Below, one piece after another: positions 23,296-36,693 of a stretch of 64,000 nucleotides of DNA. Within the stretch, counting starts at the first letter, position 1, and the number at the start of each line of letters is the position of its first letter. Under the pieces are notes generated by a model. The model was not told the origin of the DNA and ran no database searches. It was given only the letters and a program-made list of their open reading frames with translations. The stretch comes from Pseudovirgaria hyperparasitica (Eukaryota), in assembly GCA_010093815.1 (NCBI GenBank), contig ML996580.1; one strand, given 5' to 3'. The position numbers and the translations under genes were made by a program.

Positions 23296-25996
23296 TTATT
23301 TCTCTACATGTCCAGGGCTCGGTGGGACAGAGCCTGATTCCCATATGATAGGTTCTGGTCCCAGCTCAAATTCAATCGTACCGCCATCAACCATAACATC
23401 CGTATGTTCGAACCAATTCTTGTTCCATCGTTGTCCATTTAATCTCACGCTTTGTACATAGAAGCTTTCCTGTCCCAGATTCGTGGTTGAGATTCTCAAT
23501 ATTTTGTCATGATTGATCGTCATATTGATATCAGAGAACCATGGTGATTCAAGGAGGTATACAGGCTGCGTGACAATCGGATACATGCCGATCATCTGCC
23601 AAATTAGCCATGAATTTAGAGCACCTGCGTCTGAATTTCCTGGGACGCCGTAGTTGGCGTTTTTGAAGTACCGGTTCCCGAGATAGCGCGAGCGCTCGAC
23701 AGACTTGTATTGTTTGTTGATACTATACTAATCAGCTGTGATCTCATAGTACCCGATGACATAACCAACTAGTTGTATAGATAGGGCGTTGCAAAGTCAG
23801 GCTCGTTGCCAATGTTCATGATTGTGTTAATGCCTGCTCCATTGGCACCGAGATTGGCCTGGCTACTGTTCGGCTCGAAGATGTAGTCAAGTCGCCGTTC
23901 AAAATCAGCTGCACCGCCCATGAATTCGATCAAGGTCTCAGCATCGTGCGGTATTGTGAATGAATATTCTACGAGACATGTAAGTAGGTATTCATTGCAG
24001 TAATACCGTAAACTTTACCGAAAGGCGTTCCTAACTGGTAGATCAGAACACGTCCCATATACGGTGATAGAAGGATTTGACCAACCCTCGTACGTTACTG
24101 ATCTCCAGGAGCATTCATCGCAAATAGCCGGATTGTAGTTGGTAAGATTAAACTCTCCTGATGATAATCTAGGAGCCATAAATCCTTTGAATGACTCAGT
24201 CGTGTTGACACTGACGAGATCGTGTACCCAGATATTCTGCCAATTTGCTGATCGATTGAGGTACTTCGAGGCGTCACCAGGAGCTTCACCCTGGGCAACT
24301 TGATACAGTGAGAAGTCGTTCAGTGAGTACTCGACGGTTCTCGAGATACAACGCGTGCTTCTGTCAGACGATACATATCCAAGCGGTATCCAGTCATATA
24401 GAGCCCCTCGACCTTCTTTACGCTGCCTGTGAGATCAGTTGGAGAGAATGTATTGTATGGCACGACCTCAGCATCTTTCACCATTGCTGCATACCCCTCA
24501 GTCCAATTGATTCCTCCTCTTAAGCCTTTGACATAAGCGTCTGCGAGCACGTTGTCCGCATTGCTACCACCTTGAGTCAGGCCGTTCCAGTTACCAGATC
24601 GCCCATCAGGCATGAAGCCATCATATCGCCAGATGTCAATCAATGATCTAATCATGCTTTCGTAGGCTGTCGGCTGTATAAGATGGTAGAGGCTGACAGT
24701 ACAGCGGAATATATCCCAGATGGCATAGAAATCATCCCAAGAAGGCTCGTCGGATTTCCATAGTGGATTTTCGCCTTCGCGGTTGGAAGGCATCAGATGC
24801 ATGAAATATAACGAAGAGTAAAGCAGGATCAGGTTCGTCTGGTTGGCGGACTCGCCCGTGTCGACCTGTATCTTGCTGAATACCTCTTCGTTCCATTCCT
24901 TACGTCCCGCATCAACTGTCTGCTGAAGATCATAGGACGGGATTTCATCGTCTTTGAACCTGCAAGCCTTATCAGTCGATATGAAGGATATCCCAACTCT
25001 CGACCGGATCATGTTAGGACTAGAGCTATCCCATGAGAAAACAGCTCCTACTCGATCATTCATCAAGCCTGCTTGCTCTGATATTTGACCGCCGAATATG
25101 GGTAGCTGGGGCCCGCCATTCGCGAAGTTATGTTGGCGTTGCATTGGATCAGTGTTTCGCCCTTTGAAGGTCTTGCTTTTAGTTGGAGGGGTTTCAAAGT
25201 CGCCACAGAAATGTACAGTCATCGGTGCGCCTTCGTTGAACCCACCACCGTATGTCCCGTATCCAGTGTATATGCCATTATCCTTGAGATTGATCTCACC
25301 ACCTAAGTAGTACTGGATGCTACTGCCACCGAAACCGCCATCAGGCAAGTAGTGAGAGACGTCCACAAGAACGTGCCGCTCTCCATCCGGAAAAGTATAC
25401 TGTAATATGCCGGAATGGCGAGCGCCAGATAGTTCAATTTTGATTCCGTCAGCAAGCTCGGTCGAGAAGTAGTTGACCTAGAGACATTGGCGGAAGAAAG
25501 AGTAGTTTTGGAACACAACACCGACCTGAGCAACGTCGTTCCCAACTCTGCGCTGCCAGTATGTCGTGTTGTCTAAGATGTTTACTGGAGCTTTGATTGT
25601 TGTAAGAGGCATTTGTGCAATTACACCATACTTCGGAGGACCTCCGGTACCTAATGGATGCAGATGTCAGCCCATGCGTCGTATCTGCTCTATTTGTAAT
25701 GATACCGGATTCATGCATCATGCTTATTGCAGTGACTTTTCCATTTGGAGTAAATCCTCCATTGAGAGTTGCGCGATCCTGATTTTCTTCGATACTATCA
25801 ATGCCTACTTTGCAACGCCGAATGGAACGGCGCCTCCTACTAAGATATCTCCTCCGCCAAATGCTTCACCCGGGTATGGGCCTTCGGATCCGATCAGTGG
25901 GTTCACGAATTGCGAATAATCGACTTGTGCAGTAGCATACTGTGGCAAGTTGAGGAGAAACATCAACAGAGCTTTCGAAGAGAGGGACGGCATCAT
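23296..25996 (-). pseudogene. GH92 alpha-1,2-mannosidase with two -1 frameshifts (recent pseudogene or assembly error)
   Basis: Motifs VNPLIGS, GAVPFGVAK, MMHESGTGG.PKYG, WDIFR, QGGSNAD, SRTVEYSLNDF, GNEPDF and PGNSDAGAL. Frame breaks at 25809-25811 and 24417-24419. 12-nt microexon at ~24019-24030. The family call is firm; pseudogene status is not. Confidence 0.75.
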
Positions 25997-26798
25997 GAAG
26001 ATATGCGGATGCTTCACTGTTCTACTGGGCGGTGCCAGCGCCTTTTGTAGACGACTGGCGTTACAGAGCCTACTACATATTGAGCGATGAAGTGGTTTCA
26101 CGGTACTCGATGATATCACGTTCCACGCGCTGGGATCGAGTGTGACCTATATTCTATCTCAAAACGGGACGGTGCGGGGTTAGATGATGTGCAACGGTCG
26201 ACCTGCATATGCGGCGCCGTAGAAGACCCGGGAGAGTGTTGGGCTGTCCTATTGACTGGACATCCGGGGATTCTTGATATCGGTGTGTCTGTGGTCGAAG
26301 TGAATTGGCCTATTGTTGTATGTCTTTTATTGATGGACACAGGAGTCATAATAAGATGAGTGGCTCGGCCAATGACGAGCTGAATTCTTTCTTAGAGTTG
26401 ACTTTTAGCGTGGCTGAGCACACGTGATTGCCCGCCATCTACAGAGTACACGCTAGCCTCTTCTAACCTTCCCCAGCCACTCCCACTTTAAGTCAAGAGA
26501 CGCGTCCACCCACCTTACGTTAACCCGATTCATCTCTTGTTACAACACTCCCCTCCTATAATCCCAATTACTCTTCCTCTAAACTCTTCCAAATATTGCT
26601 GTATCACGACTAAGATACCGAAAATCAGAAGCGTCATCCCGTGACGCATTTCCACAAAGTTGCCAGGTCTATAATTTGCAAGCTATAGGATAGTGTCAAT
26701 AGCTCTACACAGCTTTGATCGTCAGATATTGTTCACGCAACAGACAACTCCGCAATTTTGGACACCCTCGGAACAAGAAAACCTAATTCTAGGCCAGC

Positions 26799-28049
26799 AT
26801 GCCCCTGTTCGAGAGCATCACCGATCGTTTCTGGAATTATGTGTCTCCTCGCAAGACTCAAGAGCGTCGCGACAAACCATTCAAGACCCCTGCGCTACCA
26901 CCAGTCACAGTCCAACATCGGAAGACCGGCGCATCGTCTACCAAATCCGGCCGTATGTCTATGAGTCCTCGAAGTCGTGTTCAATCTTGGAAGATGGCCA
27001 CAGGGGAGTTTGTCAGGCCAGCGGATCATCGAGCACCATTTGCTACGCCCTCGATTGGCGGCGCAACACCACCGCATGACAGTATAGACATGGATCTTGA
27101 AGGAGTAACACTCATGGATGACATAGAAGAGGAGGATCTAAAGGACTATTCGGCGCAATATGACGCAAATGACGAAACAATGGTGGACGAGGAGTACAAT
27201 CTGAAGGAGGAAGTGGTTTTTGATCTTGAAGAGGAGCGCAGAAAATGGGCCGTTAAAGCTGAGGAGATGCACGGAGAAGGCTGGAGCAAGGATGCAGTCG
27301 ACATATATATTCGCATCGGTATGCGTGGCCATGAACCACTGCTTCCTGCCTCTTGGGCGTTCGACTTCCGTACTCTGCCCTCTACCATGTTCTCCACCGA
27401 CCCTTCTGAAGCTTTTATCAAGTCTGTTCAAGAATCAGATTTCAGAGGTATCAAAGCCACTTCGGATCTCCTCTTCCTCGGCCGCAATGTGCGCGATGCC
27501 CGTTACTACCCGGACCCTTCCCGCACTTCTCATACTGTTGCAAAGCGTGCTCTGAAAGCCTATTACAAATGGGCCACTGAAGATGCCTCCGTGACTGGGC
27601 CCTCCGATATCCCAACACTTGTAATTGAAGCTGGTGGCGTCAATGTTCCAGCTGCAGTCATGCAACATAACATGACCCGCCGCCTCCACAAGCTTGCCAA
27701 CCGCTACCGCGACGCGCTGCGGGTGCACCCTTCGACTGAACCGGAAGATTCAGAGATGAGCGCAAACCCGCCGTCTGAAGCCGAATATACCGCCCCCCTT
27801 CCCACTCTATATGGTATTATTGCGAGTCATACCGTGCTAGCGTTTGTATGCTATGAACCATCCGACGACGAGGCCGGCCTACGGATGATCGGCGTTTTCG
27901 ATTTCGGCGAGCCACACACTGACGTATGGAACAGTCTCGCAGTGGCGCAATTTATTGTGCAGGCGCGGAATAGTATGATGGCGATGCAACCATACACAAA
28001 GCATGATCTAGATGACGGAACGATGGAGGAGGACGACCCAGACGCGTAA
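26799..28049 (+). CDS. Hypothetical protein, 416 aa, single exon
   Basis: Long ATG-initiated ORF with a disordered acidic N-half and a globular-looking C-half (MRGHEPLLPASWAFDF, LPTLYGIIASHT, DVWNSLAVA). No family recognised. Confidence 0.85.
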   Translation: MPLFESITDRFWNYVSPRKTQERRDKPFKTPALPPVTVQHRKTGASSTKSGRMSMSPRSRVQSWKMATGEFVRPADHRAPFATPSIGGATPPHDSIDMDLEGVTLMDDIEEEDLKDYSAQYDANDETMVDEEYNLKEEVVFDLEEERRKWAVKAEEMHGEGWSKDAVDIYIRIGMRGHEPLLPASWAFDFRTLPSTMFSTDPSEAFIKSVQESDFRGIKATSDLLFLGRNVRDARYYPDPSRTSHTVAKRALKAYYKWATEDASVTGPSDIPTLVIEAGGVNVPAAVMQHNMTRRLHKLANRYRDALRVHPSTEPEDSEMSANPPSEAEYTAPLPTLYGIIASHTVLAFVCYEPSDDEAGLRMIGVFDFGEPHTDVWNSLAVAQFIVQARNSMMAMQPYTKHDLDDGTMEEDDPDA

Positions 28050-28721
28050 GCCCCCGAACGAAGAACGAAAAACTCTTCTTGATCATCTCACCTTTCTTGC
28101 TTTCTTGGGCTTCTGGGGTCAATGACTATGGATTAAATGGGGGATGACTCTATAGCTGTGTGCCCTGAAACTGATGGAGTTTTGGAGGGCACGGCTAGGA
28201 ACCGTCCTAGTGCACATTTCTTTGTTTAGTCTGTTACGTGATGCGATGCACCGATACCCCCTTTTTCCCTGATGGATAATGTTTGCGATGAGTTTCTTTT
28301 GTACAGCAGGTTTGGAGTCACGCAGGCGTACTCGGGTCTGATGTGTGATGAGAAATGAGATCAGACGGTCGCTTGTGTAGTTGCTAGGATTGGATGTGCA
28401 TGCCACATGGACATTCGGGTCAATAAACATCTTATATGCAGACATGACAAGTGTATCGGTGAGCACGTATTTGACCTGCGTCTACATCCATTATACGAGC
28501 ACTGACATGTAAGCCTGAGCGATGGTCTCGCATAGCGCATCCAGTGGACCTCCGTACAGATACCGGTGGACCCTCTCCCGAGTCCTTCACTACTACCAGT
28601 CATGACATCACTTCCGGACTAGCTGATGATATGACTTTCGCCCTCATCTCAATGTTCTCAACCTTCCTAACTCATCTCCAGAATAAACACGATTCCCTAC
28701 ACTCCCCTTGGCCGTTTCATT

Positions 28722-30317
28722 ATGCTGCGCCCCTTCGACCGCACTCGTAAACCCCCAAGCTCACGCTCTACCTCCACCAACACGATCCCCTCTTCCGCAC
28801 ACAACAATGTCTCCGCGAACGTCGAAAAGGGCAACCCAAACGCCGAAGCCCCAGCACCCGTTGGATTCTGGCACCCGTCGCTCGCCCGCGTGCGTTTCTG
28901 CGCAATGAAGAAATGGGCCATCGTCACGTTAATTCTCATGATGTTTATATTGGGCGTGCTATCGCTGTACTGGGCCGTGCTGTTCCATGTACCGCAGAAC
29001 CTGCATGCTTTGAAGGTATATGTCGTTGATTTTGACGCGCCGGGTAACGGGGAGCGTGCGATTGTTGGGCCAGGCGTGGTAGAGGTTGTGATGAGGCAGC
29101 TTGAGCGACCGAGTCACCTGGGATTCGAAATGCGTGATCCAGCGGAGTTTAGGTATGACATCTTGCGTGTGCGCGAGGCCGTGTATGAGTGGGATGCGTG
29201 GGCGGCAATTGTTGTGAACCCTAACGCGACTGAGGCGCTCTATAATGCTGTGCGGAGTGGAGACTCAACGTACGATCCGATGGGCGTGGCACAGATCGTG
29301 TATCAGAGTGCGCGAGACCAGAGCGTGTGGCAGAGCTACATCTCGCCTGTTATAGATAAGGTTGTGAGCGAGGCGACGAGTGCAGTTGGCATGGGATGGG
29401 CGGGAATTGTTTTGGGCAATGCGAGTCTGATGGACAACGCGGCAAGCGTTCCTCAGGCGCTCAGTCCTGCGATTGGATTTTCGAGATTCGATCTAAGACC
29501 ATTTACACCGGAGGTCGCAATTCCAGCTGTGAGCATTGGACTGATATGTAGGTTCTACATGGTGTACTGATCAAAATCTGGCTGGAACCTGAGGCTGATA
29601 TCTCGCAGATCTCATCATCCTCTCGTTCTTCTCGTTTCCGTTTTACATGCCTATCCACATGCAATACCTCAACCCTCAGGGCCACCCTCCGCTTAAGGTC
29701 CATCAACTTATCATTTGGCGTTGGTGTGCGACCGTTTTGGCGTATCTTTTCCTCTCGCTGGCCTACTCTCTTGTCTCCATGGCATTCCAGATCAACTTTT
29801 ACGAATCTCCGTCGACACCATTTAATCCATTGGACATACCTGGAATCGAAATGGGTAATGCTGCGTCGTATGATCGTGGGACGTTTTTGGTATACTGGAT
29901 GTTAAACTTCATTGTACGTTGATACATAAACTCTTTGGTGGGTTCTGTGTCTGAACTGACTCTTCACAGGGCATGATCGCTCTCGGCCTCGCATGCGAGA
30001 ACGTTGCAATGATGATCGGACAACCGTGGACTGGTCTATGGCTCATCTTCTGGGTGATCACAAACGTATGTACATCTTTTTACGATCTATCATTGGCGCC
30101 CCGATTCTTCCATTGGGGTTATGCATGGCCGCTGCACAACATCGTGGAAGGAAGTAGACAGATCTTGTTTGACTTGCACAGTCGCTTAGGCCTGAATTTT
30201 GGGGTACTCATTGCCTGGGGAGCAATCAACACTGCGCTTTTTCCATTCTGCTGTTGGTTCCAAGGATGGAAAACAAGAAGGGGCGTACATGAGTACTTTC
30301 CGCTTCATGGAAACTAG
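28722..30317 (+). CDS. DUF3533 / SNG1-like (nitrosoguanidine resistance) membrane protein, 3 exons
   Basis: LSLYWAVLF, VYVVDFD, AWAAIVVNPNAT, VSIGLIYLIILSFF, WLIFWVITNV and FFHWGYAWPLHNIVE. Two introns at ~29548-29608 and ~29914-29969. Confidence 0.85.
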
Positions 30318-30371
30318 TTTCATATTGGGCGAATCTCAACAATGTGTCAACCTAGGATGACATTGCCACGT

Positions 30372-31473
30372 TCATCGACGAGCCTTGAATTTCTCGTGCC
30401 ATTTGCCGCTCTTGGAATTGACTGTGCGATCTGCAATATGGCTTTTGACGGCGATTAACCGTGGGTTAGGTTGTGTGTAGAAGCCCTGTCAAAGTGACAG
30501 TTAGAGTCAACCAGGTGCCTAGGGTATGGATACACACCTTGATAGCGTCTATCTTGACATCCTGTTCCCATTCATCAGGTAGAGCTTCACGCCAAGCCGC
30601 CATAAATTGACTCAATGGTATTTCTGAATTGGTTTCAGTGAGCACCTGCAGCGTCACCTTACCAAGCCATTCAATTGTAAGAGGTTTGTCGAGAGTCAGC
30701 TCTTCAGTGCTATGTCCAGCAGTCGAGATTCGAAGGATCAGGGACTCAAAGAATTCGATAGGCATTTTCTCGTCCATCAAGGTGTCATGAAGCTTCGCCA
30801 AAGAAAAGCTTGATATTAGTGGGATGCTTTCGGCAATCGCAGCCGTCAGTAATACACGCCAGGCTTCATGGATGGCGGCGGGGGACGGACACCAGCTACG
30901 ACCTTCTACTTCGAAAGCACAAAGTTCGCCCCAGGCTCTTTCACACTCGCCATCTGAGGAAGGTATATTAGCAAATATCTCGACTTTGCTACGTGCGCTG
31001 TTGTTAAGCAAGACTACGTCGTCAGCCTCTCTGTACTCGGGAAGAAGCTGCCGAAGAACCACAAGCGGTGAATCCTTGGAGGGATGCAGTTCAAGGGTAT
31101 GGCTGCAAGACGCTATAGCTGAGACGCTGCTTTGTGGCAAAATAGATCCCGGACTACGAAAGGGAGCTGCACGAGTGACATATACTGAATTGGATGTCTG
31201 GACCTGGCGCAATTGGTACGTCTGATCTTTTGTACATAGCGCGACATATGCCGGCTTTGATGATGATGATAATGCGTCGAGCGACTTGATATGCAGACTG
31301 TGACAAAAGGTTAAAGGTTAAAGGTTTGGAGGTATTGAGGTTACGCATACTTACATTGGTGGCTCAGGCGATGAGATGAGGTCTAAGATGCCTTGAGGTA
31401 GCTCCAGGAGTTTGAAGGCTTCCTGCTCAGCAGTAATAGTGAGAGCGGTGCGAGCGTGATCCTGAGTAGACAT
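30372..31473 (-). CDS. DCC1: Sister chromatid cohesion protein Dcc1 (Ctf18-RFC), 3 exons
   Basis: MSTQ..FKLLELP..ALCTKDQTYQLRQVQTSNSVYV, WREALPDEW and C-terminal KWHEKFKARR*. Confidence 0.88.
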
Positions 31474-31592
31474 CTGTTGCATGGCTGGTGTTGGGAGAAC
31501 AGAATTAATTGGACATCATTATTGAGATAATTAGTGATGGAAAGCTGCCGCAAATGAGGGGAAATAGCGTGCTGAAAACTTCGCCCAAAACA

Positions 31593-31630
31593 ACGCGTCA
31601 ACCCACGACAGGGCTCGATCGACGCGCGTG
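31593..31630. promoter_or_regulatory. MCB-like (MluI cell-cycle box) elements in the DCC1/BUD3 divergent promoter
   Basis: ACGCGT at 31593-31598 and ACGCGCGT at 31622-31629, upstream of a replication/cohesion gene. Confidence 0.5.
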
Positions 31631-32003
31631 ACTATTATTAGATTGATTTCCGATCAATATCTGGAAGTGGCAGTGGTGGCATGCAGCATCAGCACCTACC
31701 GTCCAAGTTTCAATCTGTCTGTCGAACGCTTGACTGGCATCACCCTCGTTTGGCTGGCCTCGCATCCCGCTCCAAGATCACCAATTCGCTCGCTCTATCT
31801 ATCGTCTGCTTTTTCTACTCGTGGCGTCTGGCGTCTCGTCTCCTCGCAGGTTGCGATTTCGACCTGTTGTTTACTTGCGCTCACAGCATCACCACTCGAC
31901 AGATCCCATCGTCGTTGCGCATACTCGACACCAGTGCTGATCGATCCAGCATCACCATGATTGATTGCCACTGATACGCATCACTTTCTGGCTCCTTGGC
32001 GCA

Positions 32004-35000
32004 ATGGCGCTCATCAACCCACCCCCGCCAACCCTGTCTGCAGACAATCTCTCCATCTTCTACACTACCGATGAACTATTGTCCGCCTCTCCGACTCTTG
32101 TCCTGCACGGCCGCTCAGCAACCGCATCGGCGATTCCGACCAATTCGCGAATTCAAGTTCACATATACAGCCCAGCTGGATTCCAATCATTCCCTCGCCT
32201 CACAGTAGCCCCGAGCTCCCCATTATACGCGGCCGTTGACTGTTTGGCAAGGGAGGAACAAGGGGACGAAATATGCAGAGGTCTCGCGTTCAGCTTATAC
32301 AAATACTTCAGCGAGCTTTCAGATGGCGTCAAGAACACCTGGGAGACGAGAGCGAATTCTTTTGGTCAGCTCCCGTCTGCGCCGAAGCTGTTCTCTGACG
32401 CCCATGCTGCGATTCTTGCAAGCCGCATGGTCAAGATCGAGAATCCCGCTCATGTCATTGAGGATATCAAGCAATCGCTAGCACAACAGACTATATCATG
32501 GATCGACCTCGACATTGTTGTGCCAGCGGGGTCGATGAGGCAACCTCCAGAGAACATGAGGGAGTCTGATCTGTTCAATGCTAGTGAAGAAGATACAATA
32601 GATCAACGTTACGGAGACATTGCGCCCTGTGTCAGACTTTTCGGACAAAGCGCATTCTTGCCTACATCAAAGTTGAAGAGAGCCCCGTCTCGACCGACGA
32701 ATCTCAATCGCACATTGGCGTTTACCAAGAAGCAGAAAGAGAACTTGAGGCGCGAGATGATTGAGTTACTAGACACCGAGGAAAGCTATGTGAGCAAAAT
32801 CTATGACCTTCTTCACAGCGTTGCCGAGGACTTTAGACAAAAAGCGAAGAAGAAAAGTATGAGTAGCGGAAGCCCAAGCGAGCAGGCCTTGAAAGGATTG
32901 TTCCCACCCAGTCTTGACCAGATACTGCAAGTCAACTCATCGTTTCTTGAGGTGATTCGCAACATTCTAGACGCAACGGAAGACGAGGCTATTCATGACC
33001 TGGAGAACACTAGCGACGACCCTGACGTCGTCTCTGCTGTCGACCCAAATGGACCGGATGTTACTGGAGCCGTCACTTTGGCCAGAAGCCTTGTTGAATG
33101 GTTTCCCAGATTCTCCGACTGCTACACGCAATATATACATGCTCACGCTGAATTTTCTGGATTCCTACGAATTTTTCTTAGCGAAACAGGCTCTAGCTTT
33201 TCCAGGCGTGTTCAAGAAACCGGCGAGCAGCGATTGATGTCAATGCTCATAGAGCCGGTACAGCGTTTACCACGCTACAACCTTTATATTGACAACATTG
33301 TCAAGCAACTTCCAGTTCGCCACCCTGCATTGAAGCCGTTCCTAAAGGCGCGGGACATAATCTCGGAAATATGCTCGCGAGAGTCTTCAGGTTCACAGCA
33401 AGTTAAGATCATGAACAATTTGCGACGATCTGTAGCATCCTGGCCTGTTGACTTCCAAGCACGCGGCCGTTTCATCACAGCTGTTGATGTGACAGAGTTG
33501 GCACCTCCATATAGAGTAAAATTCCAAGGCGTTGGCGCCGATCCCGGTATCTTTCTGCTATTCACGGATTGTTTAGTACTGCTTCGAAAGCTGTCCAGAC
33601 GGAATACAAATGCCCGGAGCTTGATCGCTGAGCTTGAAGGTTCTTCAGCAATGGAGATCGACTCAGATGGTCGAATGCAGCCTGATCTTGTATTTCATGA
33701 GCAATTCAGCCTCAGCGAGCTTTCCATTAGTGAAGCTAACGACGGAAGAGTCTTACATCTACAAAGCAGCCGCACCAAGCCTGATCATGAGGTGCCGAGG
33801 GTGTTCAGCCTTTCAATGGCTTATGAAGGTAGAGCCGCCAAGTTCTCCGAAGAGTTTGTCAAAGCGAGAGTGGAGGGTCGGTTCCCAGAAGCAGAGCGTG
33901 ATAGTTACAAGTGGGAGGTTCGCTCTGTACCGGGAGATCTTTCATTATTTCCCGCGATCTCCGAAGATCTCGCAGGGCATCGTCCGTCTGGCCGACGACT
34001 ACCTGCGCCTATCAGAGTTTACATTGATCCGTCAAAATTCTCAGCAACTGCAAAACCGGGTGATCTTGGTATAGAGGTGGTATGCAGATTGTCCATTCTA
34101 GGCGAGAATTTCTATCTGCTGGACATCACGGGCACAAATGATTACGCGAGTCGGGATCGGCTAAGTTCTACGGAGTTCATGCCCGTGTTTACGAAGAGAT
34201 GTAAGTCACTTGCCCTTGATTTCCTGGACTGCAATATACTGACAGATTCTAGTGAGCAATTTTTTCCAACTCCGCAATCAGATCCGTAATCCTGCGATGA
34301 CATCCCTATTCCTCATGAGAAACCAACAGATTCTATCTAGCCTGAACGTAATTCTACCAGGTGTAGATCCAGAACCTTCCGGCGACAAAACTTTCCGCTC
34401 AGCTTCTCCCGTGAAGATGCTCTCCAGTTTTTTCAGCGGAACTTCCAAAGACTCCAACTCCTTCCGAAAACAACGACCTATGTCTACTCTCGGCGATGCA
34501 CCTCGACTTCTCGCGCCATCGTCTTCTAGGCCTCAGAGTCGGGACAGACCCCTGAGCCGAGACAGGCCTGAAAGCCGAGACAGCGAGTCTACATCTCGTC
34601 CCCAGTCCGCCGGAGTAGGTACGGTCAGTAGCACTCCGACGCGAACCGCTGAGTCTATGTCGAAACTGGAAGATACACTTTGTGCTTACCTCTTGGCTCT
34701 ACATTCCCGAAAAGGAAACGTTGTCGGGAAGAACATACGTAACCGAGCCACGGCCGATGAGCTTGTAGTGAACGAACTATACAATGCATTGCTTGAAGAC
34801 CCTGCTAATCACCAAGCTGCAGCTCACGCCTCTGTGGACGTCGTATTTTCTGCCTTCGAAAAGTTCGTCAAGATAGCATGGAAGGAAAAGATGGGCCCGG
34901 TCGTTGCTGGACCCATACTGATTGCCTTCCAATCAAAGTCGGATAGCTCGTACCCTGGCGAATTTGAAAGCTACTTCAGACAGATTTTCAGCGATATGTC

Positions 35001-36693
35001 ACCGCCGAACCAACGAGCCTTGCAGTCTATCGTCAAGCTGCTAGCGGATCTGCTTGAAGGCACAGGCAACGACGGTGATCGAGGCATACTCACTGCTTCC
35101 TTTGCGGAAATTCTAGTGACAGACGGCAATGCAAACGACTTCATCTCGCTCTTGGATCGTTTTGTGGAGGATATATATCTTCTGTTCGCTCCAGAGCCAA
35201 GCACGCCTCTACACAGCTCTATCAGTTCCGAGACGCGTATCAGGCTCGCTCATACCGGGTCCCTGAGCTCTAATGCTTCATCACTTCGAAAGAAGTTCGG
35301 TCTTGGTGGTTTGACCCGCGAAAATAGCAAGTCAGACCTCGAATCCAAATTCGGATCTGTCTTCCGTACTTTAAGCAAGACTGCGCGTGGAGAAAGCAGT
35401 CGCAATGACCAGACCCAGCCTGCAGGCATGTCCAGAGCCTCACTTGTACGATCACGTTCGACAGACACCGACGCGCGTGTTTCACCGAAAAGACCAGTGT
35501 CTCGGGACCGACCTACTGTTCTGGGTGCTTTCGCATTCGAGGACGATACATCACACTCGGGCAGAAGCTTTTTAGGTGTCTCTGGGCTGGACACTATCGG
35601 CGAGGTGCCAAGTGCCCACAAGCATCCACGCAAGAAGCGAAGGAGTTCTTTGTCGGATTTGAAACCCCTGCAGTGCCCTGCGCCTGGAACACCGACATGG
35701 TCACCACAAACACCTCGACGTCCCACGCATGTTCGCCAGACGAGCGCGTCGCCTTCCACCCCAACACGTACCCCTAAGACTTCGCATATACCGGAACCAG
35801 TACCGACGCCTTTGACTAGGAGTAGTTCGCCAACAAAGGAGAACGGTCCTCCTAGGACACATCGCGGACACTCTCCTCTGAAGACACCCATTCCCGCAGC
35901 TACAAGCGATGTGACCATAATCAGCCGCGGCCCCAGCAAACGCCGTAGCGACTCTGTCTCAGGCATTCCAATGTTGAAGACCAGCTCAACCGCCCCTCCT
36001 ATCCTCTCTGAGCGTCCTAGCTCTGGCAATACGCCCAAGGTGTCTTCAACCACCAAAGTTCCCACCGCTACCGGGAGAAAGCCACCACTCTCGTCTTCTC
36101 CTCCGAAGAAGCTCCGTATGCAGTCCCCGCAGAAACTCCGTGAGCGTCTACAAAAAGAGCAAAACGCAATTGCTACATCCTCGCCTATGCTTCAGGCGGA
36201 ATTGTGTAAGATTGGCGATGAGATTGCCGCGCAGGCAAGCTTGAGGAGTGCTTCACCTGTTCGGGCCTCTCGCTCGAACACTGTACACTCTTCTTCGTCC
36301 AAGTCGTCAAGTCTTACTCCATCGATTGCCTCTATGGGCCCTCTCATCGGCAGAGTCACAACTCTTGAGTCTAGACTTAGCACACTAATTAGCGAGACAG
36401 AGTCTCGTACCAAGGCCATCGGCGCTGATCTCTCCAGTAGTTTGCAAGTCAGTGAGACGAAGGCGCGCAAGCTGGATGAGTTGTATAGAGAAGCAAATGC
36501 GGAGAATGAGGCGCTCTATGCGAAGTTCAACGATGAGTTGATAAAGGTCGTAAGAAATGTCAGGGGTGGTGATGGTGTTGAGGAGCTGAAAAGACTGCTG
36601 AAGGCTAGCCAAGAGGAAGTTGCTGTTCTGAAGAGGGAGAGTAGCCGACTCAAGAGGGAGAATGTAGGCTTAAGGGCGCAGCTAAGAGAGTAA
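32004..36693 (+). CDS. BUD3: Bud3-like RhoGEF (DH domain, C-terminal coiled coil), 2 exons
   Basis: DH motifs EMIELLDTEESYVSKI and LMSMLIEPVQRLPRYNLYIDNI. Intron 34201-34252 fuses the two ORFs. C-terminal coiled coil ANAENEALYAKFNDEL..LKRENVGLRAQL. Confidence 0.82.

Noticed and set aside
20199..25996. M28 peptidase next to GH92 as a glycoprotein-degradation cluster
   Set aside because: Only two adjacent co-oriented secreted hydrolases, one frameshifted. No regulator, transporter or shared motif is visible.
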